A stretch of DNA of 64,000 nucleotides, from positions 4,137-68,136 of the IMG/VR virus record IMGVR_UViG_3300030333_004348; one strand, 5' to 3'. This stretch comes from a virus. This document shows, in pieces, positions 7,440 to 17,376 of this stretch. Every line of letters starts with the position of its first letter. Position 1 is the first letter of the stretch. Made by a program: the position numbers and the translations under genes. Under the pieces are notes generated by a model, which ran no database searches, was not told where the DNA came from, and was given only the letters and a program-made list of their open reading frames with translations.

Positions 7440-9763
7440 CAGATCAAGAATTATTAGAAGCTCAGATACTGGCAGATCCAGTATATTTTGCTGAAATGTA
7501 TTTAAAGTCTCCTTCAAATCCTAAGGAAGATCTTGTTTTGCGTTCATACCAGAAAGAAATTCTAAGAGATAGAACTCAAAAAAGAGTTTTAAGAATGGGG
7601 CGTCGTACTGGAAAAACTGTTACACTAGCAATAGAAGCTATATGGAAAGCCTATACACATACTAATAGAGAAGTATTACTAGTTGCAGGTTATGACTCAC
7701 AGGTGCAAACTATTTTTAATTTAATTTTTAGAATGGCACGAGATGCTGATTTTATTGCAAGTTCTATAGAAAGAACTAGGATGAGGCCTTACGAAATATG
7801 GTTTAAAAATGGTTCAGTTATAATGGGATATGTTGGTAATAATGCTGTTCGTGGTAAATGTTTTCCACCTACTACAAATGTAGTGATGTGGGATCGAACA
7901 TTAAAAACTATAAAAGATTTAAAAATTGATGATGAAGTATTGTCTATAGACACTGAGTCCAAAAATGGAGATGCAGTAAAAGGGATTGTTAGTGCAATTC
8001 ATGACAATGGAGTTAAAGATATTTATAGTATAGAAACTACTAGTGAAAGAGTAATACATGCTACAGAAAATCATAAATTTATGTTATTATATAGAGGGTG
8101 GACAGAAGTTAAAGACATGAATACCCAAGAGAAACAAGAAAACTTAGCAGATTTTGTATCAATTATACATCCAGATGGGAAAGCATATTGGTCTAGAATA
8201 AAAACTATTAAAAAAATAGGAAAGTCACAGACTTACGATGTTACGATAGATAAATATCATGACTTAGTTGTGTTTAATGAATTTGAAGGATCCGCGAAGG
8301 GAGTTGCGGTAGGAGTTAATGTTACTTCAGGGCAAAAGGTTACTGGAGGGCATACCGGAGGGTTTTTAGCACATAATTCTGCAAATGATTTATATATTGA
8401 TGAGGTAGACTCTATTCCTTTTAACTCTTTAATTGAAGCAGTTATACCGATTGAAACTACGTATAAAGATACTACTTTAACGGTATCAGGAACTCCGACA
8501 GGTAGAAGAGAATACTTTTATCAGGTATCTACTAATAAGGAAGAACTAGGGTTTGGAGAGCACCACTTTCCTTCCATGGTTAGTCCAGAGTGGTCAGATC
8601 AAAGAGAAAAAGAATTAAAAGTTATTACTCCTGTTTCTCAGTTTGAACATGAGTATCTTGCAGAGTTTGGTAGTGCTGCTGATGGAGTATTTAAAAACCA
8701 CCATATTGATAAAAATTTATATGTATATAATTATAACGATTTAAAATATAATCCAAAAAATAAATATATACTTGGAGTAGACTGGAATGAATCACAGTAT
8801 GGAGTACAGGCTGTTATTTTAGAATATATGGTAGAAGCTGAAGAACTTATTCCATACAATGATGGAGAATGGAAATCTCCTACTGGTGAAATTATTAATC
8901 CAGTTACAGCCCAACATAAGCTTAGAGTATTCTATGCAGATAATATAGATGGGGCAGAATTTACAAATGTTGGAGCAGTTGAATTTATATTAAAGCTTAT
9001 GAAAAAATTTCATTTTACAAAATTAGTTTTTGATAGAGGACACGGAGAAGCTAATTATGAGATGTTGCGTGTTGCAATAAAGAATCAACAAGGCCCTTTA
9101 GGCACAGACTGCCAAGGATTATCAGAATATATTCAAGGGGATAAAATGATATCTTTAGATATGGGAGGAAATTCAGAAGTAATTGATCCTGTTTCTGGCA
9201 CCACTACTAAAGCTCTTACTAAAAATGTAATGGTTAAAAACGCTCAATTAATGAATGAGGAAGGTCGTTATGTTATTCCTGCTGTAGACAAAAAGGGAAA
9301 AACAGTGGAAAATGACGAACTTAATTTAGTAGGACAAATGCGTGGGTATGTTGTAGCAAGATATGGAAAGACTGGAGAAATATATGAGTCTACTGTAAGA
9401 GATGAACTTGACCACAGATTAGATGCATTTATGTTAGCAACGCATGGTTACACGCTATTAAATAATGAATTTTATAGATGGGATTCGGATCTTGTAGCAG
9501 AACAGTCTGAAAGTCTTATTACGACTAATGTTCAACCAGGATGGAGATCTAACTTAAAAGATCAAAAAATGCCTTCAGTTGAAAAGGGGAATGGCATAAC
9601 TATATATAGACACGGTAATTATGGAAATCCAGGAGAACCGGAAGAGTATGTAAGAGACAAAGATGGAAACTTAAAAAAGTACGGAGATAAGCAAAAAGCT
9701 TCAAGTACTAGGTTTAAGCATACTGAAAGAACTTTAATTAAAAAACCTAAAAGAAGATTTTAA
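7424..9763 (+). CDS. terL: terminase large subunit (intein-containing)
   Basis: YQ motif, Walker A MGRRTGKT, Walker B LYIDEVD, SGTP coupling motif, nuclease LGVDWN and DHRLDA. Confidence 0.93.
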   Translation: MSNKLTDQELLEAQILADPVYFAEMYLKSPSNPKEDLVLRSYQKEILRDRTQKRVLRMGRRTGKTVTLAIEAIWKAYTHTNREVLLVAGYDSQVQTIFNLIFRMARDADFIASSIERTRMRPYEIWFKNGSVIMGYVGNNAVRGKCFPPTTNVVMWDRTLKTIKDLKIDDEVLSIDTESKNGDAVKGIVSAIHDNGVKDIYSIETTSERVIHATENHKFMLLYRGWTEVKDMNTQEKQENLADFVSIIHPDGKAYWSRIKTIKKIGKSQTYDVTIDKYHDLVVFNEFEGSAKGVAVGVNVTSGQKVTGGHTGGFLAHNSANDLYIDEVDSIPFNSLIEAVIPIETTYKDTTLTVSGTPTGRREYFYQVSTNKEELGFGEHHFPSMVSPEWSDQREKELKVITPVSQFEHEYLAEFGSAADGVFKNHHIDKNLYVYNYNDLKYNPKNKYILGVDWNESQYGVQAVILEYMVEAEELIPYNDGEWKSPTGEIINPVTAQHKLRVFYADNIDGAEFTNVGAVEFILKLMKKFHFTKLVFDRGHGEANYEMLRVAIKNQQGPLGTDCQGLSEYIQGDKMISLDMGGNSEVIDPVSGTTTKALTKNVMVKNAQLMNEEGRYVIPAVDKKGKTVENDELNLVGQMRGYVVARYGKTGEIYESTVRDELDHRLDAFMLATHGYTLLNNEFYRWDSDLVAEQSESLITTNVQPGWRSNLKDQKMPSVEKGNGITIYRHGNYGNPGEPEEYVRDKDGNLKKYGDKQKASSTRFKHTERTLIKKPKRRF
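7859..8377 (+). mobile_element. mini-intein (173 aa, no homing endonuclease) in terminase
   Basis: RGK|CFPPTTNV...ATENHKF...TYDVTI...FLAHN|SANDLYIDE: Cys1, TxxH block B, terminal HN and Ser+1; inserted just before Walker B. Confidence 0.92.
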
Positions 9764-12069
9764 TGTCAAATAATGCAGATTTATATAAGTCACTAGAAGA
9801 AATAGCTACAGCCGCTGGACAAGCAGAGCTAGATAGGCAATTAGACTATTTAAACCAAGGTCTAGATGATATTAGACGTCAGCAAGAGAGAGAAAGAAAA
9901 AATCTACCTTTAGAATTTTGTGAGGGTGCTAATGGCGAAATTCTAACACAATTTACTAATAAAGATTCTTGTGCACAAGGAGGCGGACTCTGGACTGACA
10001 GAAGAAATGTAAGAGAAAAATTAAAGGATAAATGGGAAAAGTCAAGAGATGCGCTGCCTAATTATTTAGATAGGGCAACTGACAAAATGAAAAAAGCCGC
10101 AGCTAGTGTAGTTGAAAGTAGTAATCCTAGAAATAAAACGGCAAGAAAAACAGGTTATATAAATATAGACTACGGTTCATTTAGAGAAGCGTGCGTAAAT
10201 GGGGATGAATCTATAGTTTTTAAAAATTATTCGCCATCTTTAAATATTTTAAGGTTGCCTAATAAATTATGGGGAGGTAAACGTTACACTAGAAGTCTTG
10301 AATCGGTAACTTATACCGAAGATGCTAATATGTTTTTGGGCCCTACAAAGGTCAGCATACAGCGAGCTATTACTTCTGATATGCCTAATCCTGATAATCC
10401 TAAAGATCAGATTGCTGCATTTACTATGGCTATTAAAAAAATGACCTGGGAAAATACTGATCCCAATGATAAATCTGTAGGCGATTTAACTGTAGAATTT
10501 TATACAATGCCTGGAAGTCAATCTGTTTTTCCTAATAATGATTTTAGTGCCTATATTCCTTTAGAATTAACTAATTCATCTTTTGATGATCAGACTATTC
10601 AGTTTGGCAGATATGTTTTTACGGGAGCTGCTTCTGTTGATTTTATGAGTTCTTTTCATCAAGCATGGAGATTTGACACTGTAAATAGACTTCAAGCTGA
10701 TGGAATTAATTTAACCGCAAAAATTATAGATGTTGCTAATGAAGAAATATTATCTAGAGAATTTTTCTGCTGTATATTTTTTGAAATCATAGCTGCTAGT
10801 CCTGAACTAAAAGAAGTACTAGGAGAAGATCCGGGACTAGATCCAACTGATCTTGGAAAACTAAAAATTAAAGCTATTGAAAAGAAAATTAAGAAAATTA
10901 AAAAAGATGAAGAGTGGGATAGTGATCCAAATAAAGTTGCAAAAGTAAATAGCTATGAACAAAAAATAGCTTACTACGAAGAGCACGGCTATAGTGTTGA
11001 AGATTTTTTAAATCAACAAAAAGAATGGATGCTAAAATTAAAAAATATTCTTGAAATTATAGCAGGATTATTGACAGGACAAGGATTTCAATTTGGATTC
11101 CCTGCGTTTGCGTTTAATATTCTTGAGATACTAATAAATAGTGTTTATGCTGTACTAATGATTGTCTTAGAAGAAATACAAGCACATGTTCTTCAAGAAT
11201 GTTATGCATGGGTAGCAGAACAAAGAAAAGAAAAAGAAGAAAGAGTAGAAGAAATTCTGGAGCATGAAGGTGTTTGTGTAGATGGAGAGCAATACACTAG
11301 CAGAACAACATGCCAAGAAGCAGGATTTATATGGGAGCCGGGGGCTACGTGGGAAACAGCAGCAATAAATTGTTTACCTTGGGAACAGATATTAATAGTA
11401 GTAATAGATTCTTTATTTGGAAATGATGGTTTGTTTAAGCATGTAAAGGGTTTTATAGAAAGAGTAAAAAATGATATGCTATTAAAAACTCAACAGTTAG
11501 AGTCTGATTCCTATGATATAAATGAACAATTAGAAAATAGTAAATACTTAAAATATATATTACAAGCACTTGACATACTAGATTGGTTATTAGATTTAAA
11601 TGTTGATGCGCTACAATTATGTAACATGTATAATAGAAATTTATCGATGTTAGGCCCTGATCACTACCAACAAGCAGTAGAAGATTCTTTAACAGGATCT
11701 CCAAATATGGGAGGACAGACACTTAATACGGGAGTAGATCAAGATGATCTAATAGGTAATCCAAATATTTTACAAGGAAATGTTCCTGGAGCTGGTGGAA
11801 ATCTTTCAGCAGGCGGTAGAGTGCCTTCTGACTACCAATCGTCCTCAAAGATTGACATAACTGGTAATATAGTCAACCCATTAGGTTTGCTTTTGTATCA
11901 AAATAATGATGATATTAAAAAGTTTTTTACTCAATATATGGGGCTTACTCCTGCAGAAGCAGAAGAAGCAGTGACTGGAGAAAAAAGGGGACAATGTATG
12001 AAAAAATTATCTGAGAGTGAAGCCCAACAATTAAAACAAATTCTTAATAATACGAGAATGGAGGAATAA
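9763..12069 (+). CDS. large hypothetical protein between terminase and portal
   Basis: 768 aa with hydrophobic helices and two copies of the Cys2/GxxW micro-module. Confidence 0.6.
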   Translation: MSNNADLYKSLEEIATAAGQAELDRQLDYLNQGLDDIRRQQERERKNLPLEFCEGANGEILTQFTNKDSCAQGGGLWTDRRNVREKLKDKWEKSRDALPNYLDRATDKMKKAAASVVESSNPRNKTARKTGYINIDYGSFREACVNGDESIVFKNYSPSLNILRLPNKLWGGKRYTRSLESVTYTEDANMFLGPTKVSIQRAITSDMPNPDNPKDQIAAFTMAIKKMTWENTDPNDKSVGDLTVEFYTMPGSQSVFPNNDFSAYIPLELTNSSFDDQTIQFGRYVFTGAASVDFMSSFHQAWRFDTVNRLQADGINLTAKIIDVANEEILSREFFCCIFFEIIAASPELKEVLGEDPGLDPTDLGKLKIKAIEKKIKKIKKDEEWDSDPNKVAKVNSYEQKIAYYEEHGYSVEDFLNQQKEWMLKLKNILEIIAGLLTGQGFQFGFPAFAFNILEILINSVYAVLMIVLEEIQAHVLQECYAWVAEQRKEKEERVEEILEHEGVCVDGEQYTSRTTCQEAGFIWEPGATWETAAINCLPWEQILIVVIDSLFGNDGLFKHVKGFIERVKNDMLLKTQQLESDSYDINEQLENSKYLKYILQALDILDWLLDLNVDALQLCNMYNRNLSMLGPDHYQQAVEDSLTGSPNMGGQTLNTGVDQDDLIGNPNILQGNVPGAGGNLSAGGRVPSDYQSSSKIDITGNIVNPLGLLLYQNNDDIKKFFTQYMGLTPAEAEEAVTGEKRGQCMKKLSESEAQQLKQILNNTRMEE

Positions 12070-13817
12070 TGGCACAACAAAGAAGATCTATTTTTAATCC
12101 GTTTAGTTGGTTTGGGGCAAATTCTTCAAATTCTCTAGAAGATAAAATAGAAAATATAATAAATAAAAGAAATAATGCAATCACAAAAGAGAATGGTACT
12201 AATTTTGTAAAGGATGCTAAGTCTTTCAGTGTAGCTAATATTTTAAAAACTTTAAAATCTAAAGTATTGTCCGCAATTGATGGAGGAATGAGGGGTACTT
12301 TTATAAAACCAGAGTGGGATTTTAAAAAAATACATTTAGCTTTTAGTAATGAGTCTATATTTAGAAGGGCAGTTGAAAAATATGTAGAACAAATAAGAAA
12401 GCATGAATGGGAATTTGTAGGAAATAATCCCAATACAGTTAAATATATAAGAAAAAGATTTGATCAAATGGCTACTGTTACAAACAAACCTACATCGGAA
12501 TTGTTTGATGAGATAGCATTTAATTTGGTCTTGTACAGTAATGCTTTAGTAGTTAAACAAAGAAATAGAAAAGCTTCTGGCGGTAAAGAAAGAAAAACAT
12601 TTGATGGATATAAACGAGTACCAGTAGCTGGTTATTTCTGCGTTGATCCATCTACTGTAGAAGTTGATAGAGATGAATATGGTAACGTTAGAAAATGGAA
12701 GCAATTAAGAGAAGACACAAGTATACAGAGATTTTTTAGTAAAGAATTAAATAATGATACTGAGGTAGAATGGCCTGCATATAATATGATTCATATTAAA
12801 GATAAAGGCGCTTCTCCTTCTAACTACTTTTTTGCAATGCCTATGTCCGTTCCTGTTATAGCGGATATGCAGGCTTTAAGAGAGTTAGAAGAATTACTAC
12901 TATTAGAATCAATTAAAGTAGCTGTGCCAAAACTACATGCAAAGGTAGGAAGTAAGGAACAACCTGGTACACAGGAACAAGTTGATGATCTTGCTGCTAC
13001 TATTAGAAATTTAACTGGCGATGGAGTAATGATAACTACCGAACGAGTTACTATAGAAGATGTAGCAAAAGCTACAAGTGCTAATAATATATTGACTGCT
13101 GCTTTGACTTATTTTAGAGCAAGAGTACTTGCTGGTCTAGGCATGTCGGATATAGCTATGGGTCAAGGAGATACTGCAAATAGAGCAACAGCTCAAGTTA
13201 TGAACTCTGAGATACAAAGTACTTCAGCTAAATTTCAAAGAATATTAAAAAAAGCTATTGAGTTTCATATAATTAGAGAATTATTATATGAGTCAGGTTA
13301 TACTGAGTGGACTTTAGATGATGAAAGTATGGTTACATTATCTATACCAGAAGTAGCTTTACAAGAAAAAATTACAAGAGAAGCGCATCATTTAAACTTA
13401 TATTTATCTAATGGTATTACTCACTCAGAATTAAGGAAGGAATTAGGTAAAGACTTATTAGAAGCAGTGCAGGAAGAGGATATGTATTTAAATAGAGTAT
13501 CTATTCCTTTAGCCGAGGCTGGTAGTGTTTCAGACACTCCACAACAGAATGCTTCTAATAATACAAGCAGGCCTTCTAATCAGCATGGAACTCAGCTGGC
13601 TAGGCCTAAAGTTTCAAAAGATTCTTATCACAAATTATGGAATAGTTGCCTAAATGTCAGGACGAGAAAGAAATTGTTAGACACTCTGACAAAGTCTGAC
13701 TTAGACCCGTATGACATAACTATACTGCAGGTAATGATATCTAACTATTTGAATACCTACAACTTAAAAGACACAGTGAGGTTTGTCTTTACAGCTTTAG
13801 AGGATAAACTTACTTAA
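12069..13817 (+). CDS. portal protein
   Basis: Position and size (582 aa); portal-like segments LVLYSNA, VDPSTVEV, MIHIK, ARVLAGLG..GDTANRATA, GITHSELRKELG. Confidence 0.85.
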   Translation: MAQQRRSIFNPFSWFGANSSNSLEDKIENIINKRNNAITKENGTNFVKDAKSFSVANILKTLKSKVLSAIDGGMRGTFIKPEWDFKKIHLAFSNESIFRRAVEKYVEQIRKHEWEFVGNNPNTVKYIRKRFDQMATVTNKPTSELFDEIAFNLVLYSNALVVKQRNRKASGGKERKTFDGYKRVPVAGYFCVDPSTVEVDRDEYGNVRKWKQLREDTSIQRFFSKELNNDTEVEWPAYNMIHIKDKGASPSNYFFAMPMSVPVIADMQALRELEELLLLESIKVAVPKLHAKVGSKEQPGTQEQVDDLAATIRNLTGDGVMITTERVTIEDVAKATSANNILTAALTYFRARVLAGLGMSDIAMGQGDTANRATAQVMNSEIQSTSAKFQRILKKAIEFHIIRELLYESGYTEWTLDDESMVTLSIPEVALQEKITREAHHLNLYLSNGITHSELRKELGKDLLEAVQEEDMYLNRVSIPLAEAGSVSDTPQQNASNNTSRPSNQHGTQLARPKVSKDSYHKLWNSCLNVRTRKKLLDTLTKSDLDPYDITILQVMISNYLNTYNLKDTVRFVFTALEDKLT

Positions 13818-13829
13818 GTGGGAGTATCA

Positions 13830-14177
13830 ATGGATAAAAAAGATTACAGTGAATTTAGATGTCCATCTTGCGGTTCTTTATTATGCAAGTATGTGGATCA
13901 AGAAACACCATATGCTGTAGAAATAAAATGCCAAAAAAGAGGATGTGGTACAGTAGCTATTAGAGCAAATGTTGTACCAACGAAGCTAGTTGAATTAAGG
14001 TGCGATCATGTTGATGAAAAAAAATCAGAAAAATGGGGAGCACCAACTATCTGTAATAAATTATTAGCAAAAATTATACCAGGAACAGATATTGAAATTA
14101 AATGCCCTAGATGCAAAAAGATAACTTATAGTTTAGATCAATTTCCAGAGTTATTATCGGAGGATACTTATGAGTAA
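13830..14177 (+). CDS. tandem Com-like (Mu Com family) zinc-ribbon protein
   Basis: Two repeats: EFRCPSCGSLLCK..EIKCQKRGCG and ELRC..CNKLLAK..IEIKCPRCK. GGAG SD favours ATG 13830 over GTG 13818. Confidence 0.7.
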   Translation: MDKKDYSEFRCPSCGSLLCKYVDQETPYAVEIKCQKRGCGTVAIRANVVPTKLVELRCDHVDEKKSEKWGAPTICNKLLAKIIPGTDIEIKCPRCKKITYSLDQFPELLSEDTYE

Positions 14178-15528
14178 ATTATTAGGCTCATTTTCAGATG
14201 AGCAAGTTAGTAATGCCGCTGACAACCATTTGGTTGTAAATAAAACAGGCAACGAAAAACCAGAATCTTTAGTTATAACTATAGATGCTACCCATGCCGG
14301 GTACAAAAACAAAAATTTCTTTTACTATGATCCACAGTCTATGAAGTACGCAGTACAGCAAGACACGTGGACAAAACCTTTTCCCAAACCATTACTTAAG
14401 AATCATGATCTTGAATCGGAGCCTTTAGGCAGAGTTCAAGCAGCAAGATATATCGATACAATGGATGGGAAAGGGTATACTCAACTAGATGTTAAAGTAA
14501 CAGATAGTGAGGCTATTGATAAAATTTTAGACGGTAGATATTTAACCGTGTCAACTCACGGCGCTCCAATGAAGGACGCCGATTTAAAGCACAATTTTGT
14601 GCAATGTTCCATATGTGGAACTAACTTAAACCAAGATGAATGGTGTGGCCACAGTAGAGGTCAAATGTATGAAGATGAAGATACCGGCAGAGAGATGGTA
14701 TGCTTCTGGAAAGTAGGAGCTATGGATTATAAAGAAGTGTCTATAGTAAATAATCCTGCTGATAATGATGGAACTACTGCGGCACAAATTACGGCTGTTT
14801 CAATGATCGATGGAGAAAATCCGGCGATGGGAACAGACGAAGAAAATAAAAATTCAAATTTTTTAATTTTTAAAGATTCAGATGTAGAATATGCAGATGA
14901 ATCTTTTTTAAATTTAGAAGATCAACAATCAGTTGTTGCGAATATGGCTTTATGGGATTCTGTTGGTCAAGATGCTGAAAAGTATGTTGCTAACAAAGGA
15001 CTTATTCTTAGTGCTAACAAGCCTTTTAAAGGTGATGCACTAAATGGCGATGCAGATGGTGATTTAGATGATGCAGCTAAAGCTGGTTATCCACCTAACT
15101 GTAACCCTGGCTATAAAGTAGGGACTGTAGATGGTAAGGAGAAATGTGTACCAAGTGATAGCAAAGCTAAATCTAAAGGTAAAAGCAAAACTGCTTCCAA
15201 AAAATCTTATGATGCTGAGACATTATTAGAAGATATTCTAAATTTAAATACATCAGAAACTGATGCGAATACTAAATCTGTAGAGAAAAAGTCTAATTCG
15301 TCAGAGGACTCTGAAGACACTACTGCCATTACCGATCAAGAATATGATCACGATTTAACAATCTCTGATGATTCAATGACAGAGTTGTTAGAAAAAGGTG
15401 AATCATATATAGAGGTAAGCGATGGTTCTCAAAAAATGACTATATGGGTCAAGTATAATGGAACTAAGTTTTCCGCTGATTCGGAAGAGCAGCTTCAAGC
15501 ATTAAAGAGGATGTTTGAATTAGTATAG
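14170..15528 (+). CDS. prohead (capsid maturation) protease with zinc-finger insertion and acidic C-terminal extension
   Basis: PLLKNHD, PLGRV, ILDGRYLTVS, CSICG..CGH, YKEVSIVNNPAD motifs of the HK97/U35-type protease; between portal and scaffold. Confidence 0.85.
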   Translation: MSKLLGSFSDEQVSNAADNHLVVNKTGNEKPESLVITIDATHAGYKNKNFFYYDPQSMKYAVQQDTWTKPFPKPLLKNHDLESEPLGRVQAARYIDTMDGKGYTQLDVKVTDSEAIDKILDGRYLTVSTHGAPMKDADLKHNFVQCSICGTNLNQDEWCGHSRGQMYEDEDTGREMVCFWKVGAMDYKEVSIVNNPADNDGTTAAQITAVSMIDGENPAMGTDEENKNSNFLIFKDSDVEYADESFLNLEDQQSVVANMALWDSVGQDAEKYVANKGLILSANKPFKGDALNGDADGDLDDAAKAGYPPNCNPGYKVGTVDGKEKCVPSDSKAKSKGKSKTASKKSYDAETLLEDILNLNTSETDANTKSVEKKSNSSEDSEDTTAITDQEYDHDLTISDDSMTELLEKGESYIEVSDGSQKMTIWVKYNGTKFSADSEEQLQALKRMFELV

Positions 15529-15530
15529 AT

Positions 15531-15540
15531 TGACATAACT
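15531..15540 (+). promoter_or_regulatory. TGACATAHCT motif upstream of the scaffold/capsid genes
   Basis: TGACATAACT in the 35-nt intergenic gap. Confidence 0.55.
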
Positions 15541-15563
15541 ACAGACAAATAGGAACGTATAAT

Positions 15564-16331
15564 ATGAAACTAAATGAAAACACAATCAAAACACTAGAAG
15601 CTAAATTAGCTGAATCTAGTGATGAACAAATTGAAAGAATAAAACTTTTAATTGAAAATAATAGTGAAGTTTCTGACGATGTAAAAGAAGCATTACTTAA
15701 AGTTATATCAGATTTTGTGGCAGGTAAAGAAGAAGCCGCTAAAGAAGCTGAGGAATCTACAGAAGAGGTTGAAGAAAATTCAACTGAAGATTCAGCTCCA
15801 GCTGACTTAGTCAGAGCTTTGGAAACTCCTGGCATGAAGGAGTACTTAGACTCTGTAACTAAAGAAGCTCACGCTCTTGGGTATGCAGAAGCAAGTGCTT
15901 TATCTTCAGTAGAGAAAGTTGAAGATCCTGCAGTAAAAAAAGATGCAGAAGTATCTACAGAAGATAGCGAAAATGATAATACTCCCAACGAGGATGTAAA
16001 AAAAGTATTAATCGACTCAATAATACAGTCAGCTACTGCTCTACGTAAACCTGAAATAGACTTAGAAAAAGTTTCGGAGTCTCAGGATAAATACAGAGAA
16101 GAGTTGGAAAGCAAAGACCATGAAGATCTTAAAGCCATATATAGCGATTTAGCTAAGTCTATGGTTGATTCTTTTGTTAATGCTCCAACGGAGAGTCTCC
16201 CTCAAGAAGCTATTTCAGAGGATGCTCCAGAAGGTTTGGAGGACAAGGAGAATGATGCTGACAAGAGCGATGCATACAGAATACTAAAAGGTTATTTTAA
16301 CTCTACAAATGATAACAAAGGAGATAAATAA
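15564..16331 (+). CDS. capsid scaffolding protein (putative)
   Basis: Very acidic, helical 255-aa protein between protease and capsid genes. Confidence 0.6.
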   Translation: MKLNENTIKTLEAKLAESSDEQIERIKLLIENNSEVSDDVKEALLKVISDFVAGKEEAAKEAEESTEEVEENSTEDSAPADLVRALETPGMKEYLDSVTKEAHALGYAEASALSSVEKVEDPAVKKDAEVSTEDSENDNTPNEDVKKVLIDSIIQSATALRKPEIDLEKVSESQDKYREELESKDHEDLKAIYSDLAKSMVDSFVNAPTESLPQEAISEDAPEGLEDKENDADKSDAYRILKGYFNSTNDNKGDK

Positions 16332-16333
16332 AA

Positions 16334-17356
16334 ATGGCTAAGATTAATTTTACAGCAGGCGGTGTATCAAGAAAACTAAAAGCAACTCCTGCTAAATATA
16401 GACAGTCTCCCGGTAGACCTAACATTTCACAATCAGACGGGGTAAGACCTGCATTTCCATTAATGCCTTGGAAAGGTATGAATGGTGCTGGTTATGAAGA
16501 TGTATCTACTGGAGATCAAGTTGTAATACCAAAAGGCCGAATTGTTTCTGCTATCACTGCAAACGGTGGTGCGGATGTAATAGGCGATGGTTCTACTTAT
16601 TATGGTGTAGGCAAAGGCGTTATGGGATTAATAGTTCCAGCTAACGGTGGAGCTACAAGAGACGTTTCAGCAGAGTATAATGAAGCTGGTTGCTTAGCAG
16701 CTGGTTTAGTATGGGACGGTTCAGACTGTGCTACACTTACTCTAGATGCTAACGCACCTATCGGTGTTGTTGAACACGACGTTTTCATGGACGAAGCTGA
16801 TGGCGCATTAAACTACCAAAGTAGAAACAAAAACTGGGGAGTTCTTTCTCACCAGTTAATTAAAGTTCCTTACGTAGATGCAACAGCATGGAATGGTAAA
16901 AATGGATTAACAGACGACGCTGTCGATGATCCTGATTCAATGGGTACTGTAGGTGCAGTTTATAAAGCACTTGAGAAAAAATACTCATTCATGGTAAGCT
17001 CAGGTAAATCTGGTAAAGGTTTAGCTGGCGCTTTAATTGCTGCTGACAACTATGGAAACTATAAAGAAGTAACAACTGTAACAGCACAAAATGTAGGTAA
17101 ACTAATGGGTGTTGATTATAGATTCAATAAGGACTTACTAGACACAGTTCAATCTAAGTGGGAAGACGACGCAGGATATAGAACAGCAGGTACAGGTACT
17201 AAAGGTATACCTCAGTTCTTATATGATTTCGTTTACGATGCATTAGTAGCAGATTCTGGTTATACTGTTGACGCAGCTACTGTAGGTAACGATATATACA
17301 CAATGTGTGTAACTGACAAGATCTTTGGTGAAGCTTGGATTTTAATTAACGTATAA
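16334..17356 (+). CDS. head decoration / minor capsid protein, paralogue 1
   Basis: Upstream of the MCP; VVIPKGRIVSA and PIGVVEHDV; clearly homologous to the next gene. Confidence 0.65.
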   Translation: MAKINFTAGGVSRKLKATPAKYRQSPGRPNISQSDGVRPAFPLMPWKGMNGAGYEDVSTGDQVVIPKGRIVSAITANGGADVIGDGSTYYGVGKGVMGLIVPANGGATRDVSAEYNEAGCLAAGLVWDGSDCATLTLDANAPIGVVEHDVFMDEADGALNYQSRNKNWGVLSHQLIKVPYVDATAWNGKNGLTDDAVDDPDSMGTVGAVYKALEKKYSFMVSSGKSGKGLAGALIAADNYGNYKEVTTVTAQNVGKLMGVDYRFNKDLLDTVQSKWEDDAGYRTAGTGTKGIPQFLYDFVYDALVADSGYTVDAATVGNDIYTMCVTDKIFGEAWILINV

Positions 17357-17376
17357 ACTAATAGGAGAAAAGTAAA

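Noticed and set aside
15046-15072. GDADGD in the protease tail as a polymerase DxDGD motif
   Set aside because: It sits in a low-complexity acidic linker with no upstream RxP motif
15530-15563. Perfect TTGACA and TATAAT upstream of the scaffold gene as a sigma70 promoter
   Set aside because: The spacer is 22 nt and TATAAT abuts the ATG; better explained by the TGACATAHCT motif
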